This document shows positions 36,865-45,979 of a DNA stretch of 64,000 nt, in pieces. A program made the translations under genes and the position numbers. Position 1 is the first letter of the stretch. Each line of letters starts with the position of its first letter. The DNA is from an uncultured Candidatus Saccharibacteria bacterium. GTDB taxonomy: Bacteria; Patescibacteriota; Saccharimonadia; Saccharimonadales; JAGQNJ01. The notes beneath the pieces were generated by a model, which saw only the letters and a list, made by a program, of their open reading frames with translations, was not told the DNA's origin and did no database searches. The DNA is taken from the NCBI GenBank assembly GCA_964426845.1, contig CAYRSA010000002.1, forward strand, positions 34,495 through 98,494. Direction: 5' to 3'.

Positions 36865-38667
36865 ATGACTGAAGTGAAAAAAATAACAAGCACGGTCGTC
36901 TTGTCAGTAGTCTTAGTGATGTTGATAGTTATGGCCGTTACCCCAAATTCAGCTTCTGCCGCAACCTTTACTGTAACCAAGATAGCCGACACGAATGATG
37001 GAACATGCGATGCGGACTGCTCTCTACGGGAGGCAATTACCGCCGCCAACGCAGCCGGTGGCACAGACACTATTAATTTCGCTATCCCTGGCACCGGAGT
37101 GCATACCATACAGCCTACTTCTTCACTTCCAGATATATCATCTCCAGTAATTATCGATGGCTATAGTCAGTCGGGCTCGAACCCAAATACAGCCGTATCG
37201 CCTAACCCCTTGAACGGAACAATAACTATCCAGCTAGACGGACAATTATCCGGCGGTGCCAGCAATGGGATAACTTTTGTATCCGGATCGGACGGTAGTC
37301 AAGTCAAGGGTCTGGTTATCAACCGGTTTGCTCTAGATGGTATCGACATCGCCGATGCTGGCAGCATTTCGGTAACAGGCAACTATATTGGCACAGACAC
37401 TAACGGCATGACTGATTTAGGTAATGGCGGCAGAGGTGTCGGCAGTGTAACAAATGTGGTTTCGAATAATAACCTTGTTGGTGGCACCAGCCCAGCAGAA
37501 CGTAACGTTATTTCTGGTCAAAGTGGTAGTGCCGGCAATGAGGGTATTGCGATTTGCAATGTTTGTAATGATTGGATAGTCCAGGGCAACTATATCGGTG
37601 TGGGAAGCGATGGACAAACAGCTATTCCAAACGAGGATGCTGGCATAAGTTCAAATACTGGATCTGCTGGCATGTTGATTGGTGGAACCTCTTCTGGAGC
37701 CACAAACGTTATTGCAGCCAACGATGATGCTGTCAACGGCTCGCAAGCTTCATTGTATTCGGATGGCGCTTTAATCAATAACATAATTGGAACTGACTAC
37801 ACAAAAACACTCAACCTGGGTACAGCGGCTTTTGGTGTCGGTGCACAGGGTAACAACAACTCGATCCAAGGAAACACCATTCGGTTTTCTAAATTAGCAG
37901 GTCTCTTCTTAGCTGCAAGCAGTAACACACTCATTGGAGGAACCACAGCCGCTCAAGCGAACACCATAACCAACAATGGTGGTGGTGTGATGGTGGGATC
38001 GATTGGAGGAGCTGGGGGCCTGAATAATTCTATAATTGGCAACAGTATTTATGACAATGCAGGTGGGGCTATTTCAGGCTTAGACATCGACTTACTCGGA
38101 AATACTAATGATTTTTTATCTTTTTCATCTCTTGGTGTTACTCCAAATGATACCGGAGATCCAGATGTTACCTCGAATGTCCTGATGAACTTCCCGGTTA
38201 TTAACTCCATTTCGTCATCAAACGGCCAGGTTACCATAAACTACAACTTAGATATCAACAACTCCGAAACAGGCGCACTCGGGTATAGAATTGAATTCTT
38301 CGCTAACGACAGTCCTAACCCTAGTGGCCATGGTGGAGGTCAAACGCTTCTTGGAGTTGACAATATTGACGGAGACGTAACCAATAGAAGTCTTACTCTC
38401 ACCCTTCCAGCTGGCGTCAGTGGTGCAAAATATATATCAGCTACGACTACTATGAAGGATGCTTCAACCGATGGATTCGGCCATACTTCAGAATTTGGTT
38501 CAAATGCTTTAGCCACGCTGCATGCTGCCTCATTAGACAGCAATCTAGCAGACACCGGCCAAAACCTTCAGATAATCCAGTTATTTGGTTTGGTTGTCAT
38601 TACTGGTGGGTTGGCTATAATTATGCGACTAGCTCGAAAAGGTCGTACCGGCATTTTAGGAAGATAG
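36865..38667 (+). CDS. cell-wall-anchored surface protein: CSLREA domain plus parallel beta-helix repeats plus an LADTG sorting signal
   Basis: Signal peptide; DGTCDADCSLREAITAAN; many G.N.I.GN repeats; C-terminal LADTG, hydrophobic helix and RLARKGR tail. TATAAT lies at 36838-36843. Confidence 0.85.
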   Translation: MTEVKKITSTVVLSVVLVMLIVMAVTPNSASAATFTVTKIADTNDGTCDADCSLREAITAANAAGGTDTINFAIPGTGVHTIQPTSSLPDISSPVIIDGYSQSGSNPNTAVSPNPLNGTITIQLDGQLSGGASNGITFVSGSDGSQVKGLVINRFALDGIDIADAGSISVTGNYIGTDTNGMTDLGNGGRGVGSVTNVVSNNNLVGGTSPAERNVISGQSGSAGNEGIAICNVCNDWIVQGNYIGVGSDGQTAIPNEDAGISSNTGSAGMLIGGTSSGATNVIAANDDAVNGSQASLYSDGALINNIIGTDYTKTLNLGTAAFGVGAQGNNNSIQGNTIRFSKLAGLFLAASSNTLIGGTTAAQANTITNNGGGVMVGSIGGAGGLNNSIIGNSIYDNAGGAISGLDIDLLGNTNDFLSFSSLGVTPNDTGDPDVTSNVLMNFPVINSISSSNGQVTINYNLDINNSETGALGYRIEFFANDSPNPSGHGGGQTLLGVDNIDGDVTNRSLTLTLPAGVSGAKYISATTTMKDASTDGFGHTSEFGSNALATLHAASLDSNLADTGQNLQIIQLFGLVVITGGLAIIMRLARKGRTGILGR

Positions 38668-38737
38668 CTTTCCAGCGAGCTAGCTCACGAAGCAGTTCGT
38701 TCCAATTCGAATGTACTAGGGCAACCATAAGCACTTT

Positions 38738-38764
38738 GACCTCTCGAAAGAGAGGTCTTTTTTT
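38738..38764 (+). terminator. intrinsic terminator
   Basis: gacctctc-gaaa-gagaggtc followed by TTTTTTT. Confidence 0.8.
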
Positions 38765-38776
38765 GTTGGCTTTGAT

Positions 38777-40000
38777 ATGATTACTTACATGTCTTCTGAT
38801 CAGTCGTGGCTTTCTCGAAAATACTTATTGTATAAACTTTTCTCCAATCTGTGGTTTCTAAGTGCTACCTGGCTATATTTTTATAGGATTTTTATCACTG
38901 ACCAACTGGTTGGTTTTCTAGATGGAATGGCTTTCGCAATTGGTCTGCTAGCCGAAGTACCTTCCGGAGCTTTAGCCGACAAGTTCGGACGGGATAAAAT
39001 GGTTCGCCTTGGTCAAATTTTGGCTGGGGGCGGGCTATTGGTACAAGCGGCTGGAAGTAGCTTTATGCCCTTCTTTGTTGGCCAGGCAATTATGATGATT
39101 GGCGTAGCCTTCGTTTCTGGGGCAGATGATGCTTTATTCTTTGAAAGGCTTAAGTTCAGTCAAGAGTCCAAGCAGTGGCGAAAGTTGCTTATGAGGGGCT
39201 CTCAGATAGCGCTGGTTGGCACCTTGGTGGCGACTGTAGCCGGAGGGTGGTTATATGGTTTCGGGCCAAGGATTCCGTGGATACTCACCGGCTTGTCATT
39301 TATATTATCAGCCCTGATTATATGGCCGGTTAGCGACGGTAGAGAACGAGCTAAACGAAAGAAATTTATTCCCGAGCTAAAGGAGTATCTATCTGACATA
39401 AAAACTGGTTTTGTTGAGTTTAGATTACCCAAGCTTTGGCTATACGTGCCAATAATTATTACCGTGCAAGGCTTATTTTATGCAACTGGGTATGGCTTGT
39501 TGCGCTTGATATTGCTGGGACGGTTCGGCTTCAGCCCCTTCTGGGGATCGGTTGTTATTGCCTCAAGTAGCCTAATAACTGTGGGTTTGCTCTCACTTAT
39601 GCATAAGCATGCTGATAGTTTGAGCGAAAAGAAGGTTATATCAATCATTTCTCTAAGTGCCGCGGCCGGCTTAGTTCTATCTTTGGCAAACATCGGTTTA
39701 TGGGGTTACGTGGTCATACTTGTTTTATACGCGGGCGAGTACCTACTACAGCCGTTTATGAGCGAAACAATTAATTACCACGCACCGGAGCGACAAAGGG
39801 CAACGATATTGTCTGTTGCTTCTTTCCTCAGAGCCCTACCTTATGTAATATTAGCCCCCATTATTGGCTACCTGAACACTCAAGGTAAACTTAGTTATTT
39901 CCTGATTGGCTGGAGCTGTTTGATAGTTGCGGCTGTACTTTATTACTTGGCCAAGAAAAGAACTGACGATAAGATTAAACTAGATGGTCTAGTTGAGTAG
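38777..40000 (+). CDS. MFS transporter
   Basis: 12-TM profile and a GALADKFGRDK loop motif between TM2 and TM3. Confidence 0.8.
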   Translation: MITYMSSDQSWLSRKYLLYKLFSNLWFLSATWLYFYRIFITDQLVGFLDGMAFAIGLLAEVPSGALADKFGRDKMVRLGQILAGGGLLVQAAGSSFMPFFVGQAIMMIGVAFVSGADDALFFERLKFSQESKQWRKLLMRGSQIALVGTLVATVAGGWLYGFGPRIPWILTGLSFILSALIIWPVSDGRERAKRKKFIPELKEYLSDIKTGFVEFRLPKLWLYVPIIITVQGLFYATGYGLLRLILLGRFGFSPFWGSVVIASSSLITVGLLSLMHKHADSLSEKKVISIISLSAAAGLVLSLANIGLWGYVVILVLYAGEYLLQPFMSETINYHAPERQRATILSVASFLRALPYVILAPIIGYLNTQGKLSYFLIGWSCLIVAAVLYYLAKKRTDDKIKLDGLVE

Positions 40001-40035
40001 TTTCCAACTATCTTAAACATGTTTATAATACTGTT

Positions 40036-40563
40036 ATGATTAGAAAACTAAATTCGCATGGTTTTGGTGCAATCGGGATTGTCGTAGTAATTTTTATAGT
40101 TGGAATTTTAGGTTTTGTCGGTTATTCGGTATACACAAATAACTCGGATGATCCCGAGCCTAGTGTAGAGCAGCAAAGCAACGTCGAGGAGAATAAAAAA
40201 GACACGAAGGAAACAGTCATAACGACTGGCGACAGCGAGTTCGGCACCATACTCTTCGACGATAAAGGGCAAGCAATTTACATATGGGCGGTTGAGGAGT
40301 CAACCACCCCTGAATGCTACGGAGATTGTGCTGAAGCCTGGCCTCCCGTGCTTACCGACGGAGCACCCCAGGCAACTGGTGATGTTAGTAATGAACTGCT
40401 CGGTACGACTAAACGCACCGATGGTAGTACTCAGGTCACCTACAACGGCCACCCGCTATACTACTATGCCCACGAGAAACCCGGAGAGGTAAAGTGCCAC
40501 AACATCAGCACCCACGGCGGCCTGTGGTGGGTGATCCAGCCCAATGGTGTTCGGGCAGATTAA
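40036..40563 (+). CDS. secreted/anchored protein of the Yx(FWY)xxD-motif lipoprotein family (COG4315-like)
   Basis: Two repeats of the form G..L.D..G...Y.....CYG.CA..WPP and G.PLYYY..D. TATAAT sits 6 nt before the ATG. Confidence 0.7.
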   Translation: MIRKLNSHGFGAIGIVVVIFIVGILGFVGYSVYTNNSDDPEPSVEQQSNVEENKKDTKETVITTGDSEFGTILFDDKGQAIYIWAVEESTTPECYGDCAEAWPPVLTDGAPQATGDVSNELLGTTKRTDGSTQVTYNGHPLYYYAHEKPGEVKCHNISTHGGLWWVIQPNGVRAD

Positions 40564-40607
40564 TAGCCCGTGCTAATATGTAGTCAATAACTAATAAAGG
40601 TGGGATC

Positions 40608-41105
40608 ATGGCTAAAAAAGCTCAGGATAAGAAAATAACAGTTTCAAGTTTAGTATTGCCGGGAATGTTGGTGGCCGCATGGGTGTTTGCCCTATCCGGA
40701 TCAACGGCTCCGGGGGCCATGGCTTCTGACACGGCCGCAATCAGTGATTTAAGGTGGCTTCTATACTTTGCCGGTTGGGTGTTTATCTTCTCATCAATTA
40801 TGCACTCGGTGTTTGCTAAGAAAATGGCCGCCAGCATTGGCTGGAAAACTAATGGCTTTCAATATGAATTGGCTGGCTTTTCTCTGGGTCTAGGCCTGGC
40901 CAGTTTTTATGCCGCCTATCACGGCTTGGAAGCTTGGGTGGCTGTATCGATTCCCATCATCTGTTTCTTGGCACTAGCCGGCCTTAATCACCTTAAGGAA
41001 ATCGTCAAGGACGGAAACTACGCTCCCAACAACACAATGATTCTGATCTGGGATTTCGGAATGCCCTTGTCGCTAGCCCTCTTGCTTTGGCCAATGGTCG
41101 GCTGA
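40608..41105 (+). CDS. membrane protein, function unknown
   Basis: Four or five TM helices and an AAAGGTGGG RBS. Confidence 0.6.
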   Translation: MAKKAQDKKITVSSLVLPGMLVAAWVFALSGSTAPGAMASDTAAISDLRWLLYFAGWVFIFSSIMHSVFAKKMAASIGWKTNGFQYELAGFSLGLGLASFYAAYHGLEAWVAVSIPIICFLALAGLNHLKEIVKDGNYAPNNTMILIWDFGMPLSLALLLWPMVG

Positions 41106-41837
41106 TTACTCGATATTCAAGCGTTGTTCGAGGCGCATAATCGGATCATACCAACCGTTCTCCAGTACGTAGGTTTGGATTTTCTTATCAACTCCGAACA
41201 ACACCGCCATACCGACAATAATAAACAAGATACCCATAATCCGTCGAAACCAGCCGTGCGGATCGCTCAACCAGCCCATTTTGCGGACTGCCGCTTGGCC
41301 GGCTATGGCCACTAGCAATAAGACTGAGGCCAGGCCCAGAGCGTAGGCAATCAAGTAGGCCAATCCCCGTCCGAAAGATTCTGGCAGGACGGCCGCTACA
41401 ATTAGGGCGTAGGTCGGGCTGCAACTGCTAAACACTGGTCCTAGGGCTGCACCGGTCAAGATGTCCTTGCCCACCCCTTCTTGACCGACGGTTTTGCCCA
41501 GCAACTTGTTAGAGCTAATCGGCAGCCGCGAAGCTACCATTAGTTTTTCCCAAGCTTGCGGGAATACAAGATTAAGACCCAACAAGATTACGATAACCCC
41601 GGAGATTGAGCTCCAAACCATCTGGGGCACGCCCAAAAGTGTGGTTGTCGCTTTGAGCAGTAGAGTGAAAACCACCACTGAAACCGCTAGGCTAGCTGTG
41701 ACGATCAGGGGCCGGTACCAACTTTTCTTGTCGTCGCCCGACACACTACCGCCAACGATAATTGGCAGCAACGGCAAAATACACGGAGCCGCCACCGTCA
41801 ACACCCCGGCAATAAAGGACAGTACCAACAAAGCCAT
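41106..41837 (-). CDS. ccdA: cytochrome c biogenesis/thiol-disulfide electron transporter CcdA (DsbD family)
   Basis: Six TM helices with the CILPLLP motif and a second Cys (SSCSP). Confidence 0.85.
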   Translation of the reverse strand: MALLVLSFIAGVLTVAAPCILPLLPIIVGGSVSGDDKKSWYRPLIVTASLAVSVVVFTLLLKATTTLLGVPQMVWSSISGVIVILLGLNLVFPQAWEKLMVASRLPISSNKLLGKTVGQEGVGKDILTGAALGPVFSSCSPTYALIVAAVLPESFGRGLAYLIAYALGLASVLLLVAIAGQAAVRKMGWLSDPHGWFRRIMGILFIIVGMAVLFGVDKKIQTYVLENGWYDPIMRLEQRLNIE

Positions 41838-42301
41838 TACAAAATATTCTGTTTTAGGGCCGCCAAAGTAGGGTCGTCGTAAGCCACGTATTTTTCCACC
41901 AAGTTACCCTGGTCGTCGACTTTTACCAAAGTAGTTTGCAGGGTCACGCCATATTTTTGGCGTAGGGCTTGATTGGTATCGTAATCAACTTTAAAAATTG
42001 TCGTACCGTCTGGCAAGGGTCCGGCCTTAATCTCTGTCTCCAGTTGGCGACACTGCGGACACCACGGCGCGTGAAAGAAGAGAATCTTAGTCCCGGAGGT
42101 ACTGGCCAGCTGCTCCTGGCTGTAATCGACATAAGCACCAGCCGATCCGGTACTAGATCCCGTACTACTTGGGGTCTCAGACGCCGGCGCTTCAGCTACT
42201 TCAACCTGACTTTCCGAGGGGCTGTCTTGGCTCATTAAGTAAACAAAACCGCCGACGATTACCAAGATGACGATCCCGGCAATAGCCATTAGTTTTTTCA
42301 T
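41837..42301 (-). CDS. membrane-anchored thioredoxin-fold protein
   Basis: WCPQC active site and an N-terminal TM helix. 1-nt overlap with ccdA. Confidence 0.85.
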   Translation of the reverse strand: MKKLMAIAGIVILVIVGGFVYLMSQDSPSESQVEVAEAPASETPSSTGSSTGSAGAYVDYSQEQLASTSGTKILFFHAPWCPQCRQLETEIKAGPLPDGTTIFKVDYDTNQALRQKYGVTLQTTLVKVDDQGNLVEKYVAYDDPTLAALKQNIL

Positions 42302-42316
42302 GACCCTATTGTATCA

Positions 42317-42805
42317 CTAGCAACTTGCGGCCGCTACGGCGCCTTGGAAGACATTTTCAATTTCAACCAATGTGCCCTGATGCCTAGCTAACTCGTCCTC
42401 CAAGTATCGCCGGTTGATCCGGGATATCAAGCGAATCTTGTCCAGTTGACGTTCGTGCAAGGAGTTCTCTTTCTCAATTTGACTAGCCCGAGCCGCCTCG
42501 GCCGCTTGCTTTTTAGCCTGGTCGCAAACCGGACCAGGAGATGGCTGGGCAACGGGCTGCTTTTCGGTCACTATGGCCGGTTGTTCGGCTTGGGTGATGG
42601 GCTGAGGAGTCGTAGATTCACCATTTGATGACGAGGTCTCTACGACCTCAGATCGAATAGCATCATCGGTCAAGCCATTAACCGCCGATTGCGGCGCATT
42701 CTGCCTAGTAATACCCAGCACTACCAAGGAGGCCGGTACCAGGACAACCAGCCCAATCAGTATCATAAAAGGGTCTTTAACCAGTTTTTTGACTTTAGAT
42801 ATCAT
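42317..42805 (-). CDS. hypothetical membrane-anchored protein
   Basis: N-terminal TM helix, a Pro/Gln-rich linker, and a coiled-coil. Confidence 0.5.
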   Translation of the reverse strand: MISKVKKLVKDPFMILIGLVVLVPASLVVLGITRQNAPQSAVNGLTDDAIRSEVVETSSSNGESTTPQPITQAEQPAIVTEKQPVAQPSPGPVCDQAKKQAAEAARASQIEKENSLHERQLDKIRLISRINRRYLEDELARHQGTLVEIENVFQGAVAAASC

Positions 42806-42870
42806 CGTTATAAGCGTCAGGATTGTACCTCTGTTAGCACAGCCTGTATGTGAGATTTTTCACACCTGCC

Positions 42871-43323
42871 TCAGTTACTAAGCAATTTATTCTGCGACTT
42901 CCGGAAGAAAAAGCTGCTCCAGGCCTCGAGGTTTTGTTGATACTGGGGCTTCTTGCTACTAGCTTTGGCTGCTTCATCTGCCGGCGGTGTCACCTGGGCT
43001 AAAGCCACTTTCTTGGGCACAATATAGAGCGTCTCCCCGGGAGCCGCCTTGCCAAACTGCCGCCGCGCGGCCAGCTCTAGAAATTCATTAGTTTCCAGGT
43101 ACTTATTCTCGAGTTTAATATTGTCGTTCTCTAGTTTACTGATTTCAACCTCTTGCTCCAGGCGAACGATCTTCTTCTGTAGCTCATAGTTGGCCTGGAT
43201 AGCTTTGACGCCGCTCCAACTGATCAAGATTACGATGATGGCAAAAAACACCTGTCCAACCACTCGTAGATCGGTCAGAGATTTTATGAATTCAACTATT
43301 TTTGTTTTAAGCTTTTCAAACAT
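42871..43323 (-). CDS. septum formation initiator (FtsB/DivIC family)
   Basis: Single TM helix followed by a leucine-zipper-like coiled-coil and an LE..AR..LG...PGE tail. Confidence 0.75.
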   Translation of the reverse strand: MFEKLKTKIVEFIKSLTDLRVVGQVFFAIIVILISWSGVKAIQANYELQKKIVRLEQEVEISKLENDNIKLENKYLETNEFLELAARRQFGKAAPGETLYIVPKKVALAQVTPPADEAAKASSKKPQYQQNLEAWSSFFFRKSQNKLLSN

Positions 43324-43427
43324 AACGACCCTTGTATTGTATCAAAGTCTAACGATTTGGCTCATGCTTATACAGATAGCCACCCCGCCATATTGCTTTT
43401 ATTATACTTTAGTGGTATAATAAGACT

Positions 43428-44573
43428 ATGTCAGAACAAAAACCTGCTAACTACTTCGACATCGCCTCTGGCACACTACTGATTGGTCAGGCTGCTTTTG
43501 ATGCGCATATAGAGGCCGGCGGCCACCCTGCCGACGTCGTTAGCTTGCCAGATTACCTAGCCGGCCACGTTGAAGTGGAACCGGTTGTAGACATACCAAA
43601 AACGCGAAAATCTGATTGGGATTCTAATTTGGATGTGCCCTATGCTCAGTGGCTACATGCCGAAACTATGCAAGCCGACCCCCCTGGCCGTATTACCGAA
43701 GAAGTGGTGCGAAGAGCAGCTAAGCTAGGGCTCGGCGCTTCATATAAGCACCTGAAAAGTTTGCCAGGCGGCCTTACTAGTTTGTATCAAAAAGCCGAAC
43801 TACAAGGCGTAAAGACTCACCGCCTGTTTGACAGCTGGACGACCACAGATTGGGTCAACTACGTTGCGAAACTCGGGGAAAGCTTGCAGAGAAAACCAAC
43901 CTACGTAGATATTAATGAGGCCAGCGCCTTGCCAGGCAACCCAAGCTGGACTCTGATGAAGAAACACGGAGTTCGACTTTCTGAGGTTAATGAAAAGGCC
44001 GGCTGGGTCGATGTGCGAGACTGGGATCAGGATAAGTTTATTGACTGGGGAGTCAAATTCATGCTGGCTAACGATGGTCATAAGCCAACAGCTGTATTAA
44101 TGCGTATTTTGTCAAAAAAAGGTTACGGCTTCTCGCCAAGCACAATTTTTAAAGGTGATTTTTTCGACGGTTTAGTCGACTATCAAAACCAAGTTGAGGC
44201 CGCTTACGACCAATTAGTTGAAGGAAAGCAGCTGGCCGACGCTATGCGCGAAGCCGAGTATGAAACAGCCCTAGAGTCAGATCCTTTCTTTAAAAAGCTC
44301 ATGTCCGCGGGAGCTACAGAGGACAGGAAGATTCAAACCCATGCTCGCTACATGCTGAGTATTCAGTTAGTCCCCGACATATCGGATGAGCAACTTAGAC
44401 AAATCTGTAAAACCTACTCAGGCATAGCCTTTGTTCGCCAACTACAGATCGCCGACCCGACCCTAACGGCTCAGCAAATCGAGGAAATGGCCAAAAGCTC
44501 GTACCTATATGACATTATTTGGCCGGACACTGGCTTCCTAGAACGAATGCGTGTCATCGACGAGCAAGACTAA
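43428..44573 (+). CDS. hypothetical protein (381 aa)
   Basis: Long ORF. TGgTATAAT sits 6 nt before the ATG. Confidence 0.6.
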   Translation: MSEQKPANYFDIASGTLLIGQAAFDAHIEAGGHPADVVSLPDYLAGHVEVEPVVDIPKTRKSDWDSNLDVPYAQWLHAETMQADPPGRITEEVVRRAAKLGLGASYKHLKSLPGGLTSLYQKAELQGVKTHRLFDSWTTTDWVNYVAKLGESLQRKPTYVDINEASALPGNPSWTLMKKHGVRLSEVNEKAGWVDVRDWDQDKFIDWGVKFMLANDGHKPTAVLMRILSKKGYGFSPSTIFKGDFFDGLVDYQNQVEAAYDQLVEGKQLADAMREAEYETALESDPFFKKLMSAGATEDRKIQTHARYMLSIQLVPDISDEQLRQICKTYSGIAFVRQLQIADPTLTAQQIEEMAKSSYLYDIIWPDTGFLERMRVIDEQD

Positions 44574-44574
44574 C

Positions 44575-44621
44575 TTGTAATTATCAGCGGTACTCCTATA
44601 ATATTATCCAGAATAGGAGTA
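44575..44621 (+). promoter_or_regulatory. promoter overlapped by a 9-bp inverted repeat (candidate operator)
   Basis: TTGTAA, a 16-nt spacer, TATAAT (44597-44602). The inverted repeat TACTCCTAT-N13-ATAGGAGTA (44591-44621) covers both the -10 box and the SD. Confidence 0.5.
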
Positions 44622-44624
44622 GTC

Positions 44625-44849
44625 ATGGGAGCCCCCCAAGAAATACTGGATGATAGAATTTTAGCCGCCGTGGAGGAGGCTGCACCTGATGTAATGAGTC
44701 CTTCACAAGTTGCTGAGGCAATTGACCCAGAGGGTGTTTTGGGTAGCGGCACCGTATTTCGTCACTTAACACACCTAGCAGCCCGAGGCTCTGTAAAAAG
44801 AGTCCTCGTAGATACACAGGTTCGCTACGGTTCAGAACACCAAGTTTAG
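44625..44849 (+). CDS. small winged-helix-like DNA-binding protein (74 aa)
   Basis: PSQVAEAI....TVFRHLTHLAARGSV resembles an HTH plus wing. An AGGAG RBS is present. Confidence 0.5.
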   Translation: MGAPQEILDDRILAAVEEAAPDVMSPSQVAEAIDPEGVLGSGTVFRHLTHLAARGSVKRVLVDTQVRYGSEHQV

Positions 44850-45065
44850 CTAGGCTGATGAGCCCTTAGCGGGCATGACTATAGCGGCAATAATGTAGGT
44901 CAGTAAGCCGGGCACAAAGCCGGTCAACACTGTAAACAGTATCCAAGCTAGGCGAATGATAGTGGGGTCGATGTCGAAGTATTCACCTATGCCGCCACAC
45001 ACACCTGACAGCTTCTTATCCTCAGACAAATACATTTTCTTGGTAGCTGAGTTATTTGCTTTCAT
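44850..45065 (-). CDS. PspC domain protein
   Basis: L.R...D.KL.GVCGG.GEYF..DPT..R pattern plus a TM helix. Confidence 0.85.
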   Translation of the reverse strand: MKANNSATKKMYLSEDKKLSGVCGGIGEYFDIDPTIIRLAWILFTVLTGFVPGLLTYIIAAIVMPAKGSSA

Positions 45066-45261
45066 GGCTTTGTTCCTTCTTATGAGTTAGTAGATAAAAA
45101 ATGGGTAGAATGCCGAGCGTGTTAACCACCAACATTACCACAAACCATCCTGATTCATTGCGTCGCCCGGCCCGCCACAAGGCTAATCCTTTCCAGACCA
45201 TTTCCCAAACCGCTGCAATAATTATTGCTGTTGTCCAAGCTGTTGATATTTCGTAGCTCAT
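45052..45261 (-). CDS. small two-TM protein (DUF5652-like)
   Basis: WKG.ALW.A....... W F....NT.GILPI.YL pattern. Confidence 0.6.
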   Translation of the reverse strand: MSYEISTAWTTAIIIAAVWEMVWKGLALWRAGRRNESGWFVVMLVVNTLGILPIFYLLTHKKEQSHESK

Positions 45262-45265
45262 AGTT

Positions 45266-45523
45266 TTATTCCTTCCCTTCTGCTTCGGCTTCCATTTTCG
45301 ATAGGCGGGTGTAGTAATCCGGGATCTCTTTTAGGTGAGCCCAGGCGATACGCCCTGTGAAATGAGGGTCGTCTTTAGTAACGTTTGTCTCGTCGCCAAA
45401 GTGTGACCCATGCTCCATTTCTACAGCCAGCCCCATGCGGAATTGCTCTAAATCATACTGGCCAAAGTCGATACCTATCTCCTGGCCTATTTTTCTTGCT
45501 TCTTCGGTTGTGAATTGTTTCAT
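45266..45523 (-). CDS. hypothetical protein (DUF5661-like, EMEH motif)
   Basis: 85-aa ORF with GL.VEMEHG. 4-nt overlap with the upstream gene. Confidence 0.5.
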   Translation of the reverse strand: MKQFTTEEARKIGQEIGIDFGQYDLEQFRMGLAVEMEHGSHFGDETNVTKDDPHFTGRIAWAHLKEIPDYYTRLSKMEAEAEGKE

Positions 45524-45870
45524 TGTTTTTCTCCGGTTATTGTTTCTACTGTCGGAATTATACGGGATCTTTTCTTCTGTTTAGTGGGCAAGCCCGTGAG
45601 TAGCAAGTAGCCTTGCCAGACCTCCGGCGCAACTTCAAGCTCTAAGTGGATATTGTCAGAGATATCTGGCTCGTCATCAACATCATATATATGAAAGTGT
45701 CCCATACTGAGAACGCAGTCAGTTTTATGAGGGTTACTGGAGGATACCAAGATCTCTCCAAGGTAGGCCGGCTCTATCCAAGCATAGACATCGTCATCAA
45801 GGTAAAGAATCTTGGTGTTGCGCTTGGTTTCAACCAGTTTATAGTTGCCGTTGCGAAGCGATTTAATCAT
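45520..45870 (-). CDS. hypothetical protein, first gene of a four-gene operon
   Basis: AGGAGG RBS, with a CRP-type box upstream. Confidence 0.55.
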   Translation of the reverse strand: MIKSLRNGNYKLVETKRNTKILYLDDDVYAWIEPAYLGEILVSSSNPHKTDCVLSMGHFHIYDVDDEPDISDNIHLELEVAPEVWQGYLLLTGLPTKQKKRSRIIPTVETITGEKQ

Positions 45871-45938
45871 CTTGTCCTCCTAGTCTCTATTAAACGCCGT
45901 TTACTAAGCCGGCGCTGTGATTAGGATCAAGTACGTGA

Positions 45939-45954
45939 TGTGATTCGGGTCACA
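45939..45954. promoter_or_regulatory. perfect CRP/FNR-family binding site TGTGA-N6-TCACA
   Basis: TGTGATTCGGGTCACA, flanked by two additional TGTGA half-sites at 45916 and 45967. It lies between the crp-family gene and the downstream operon. Confidence 0.7.
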
Positions 45955-45979
45955 GTCCATAAATCTTGTGATTCGATAC

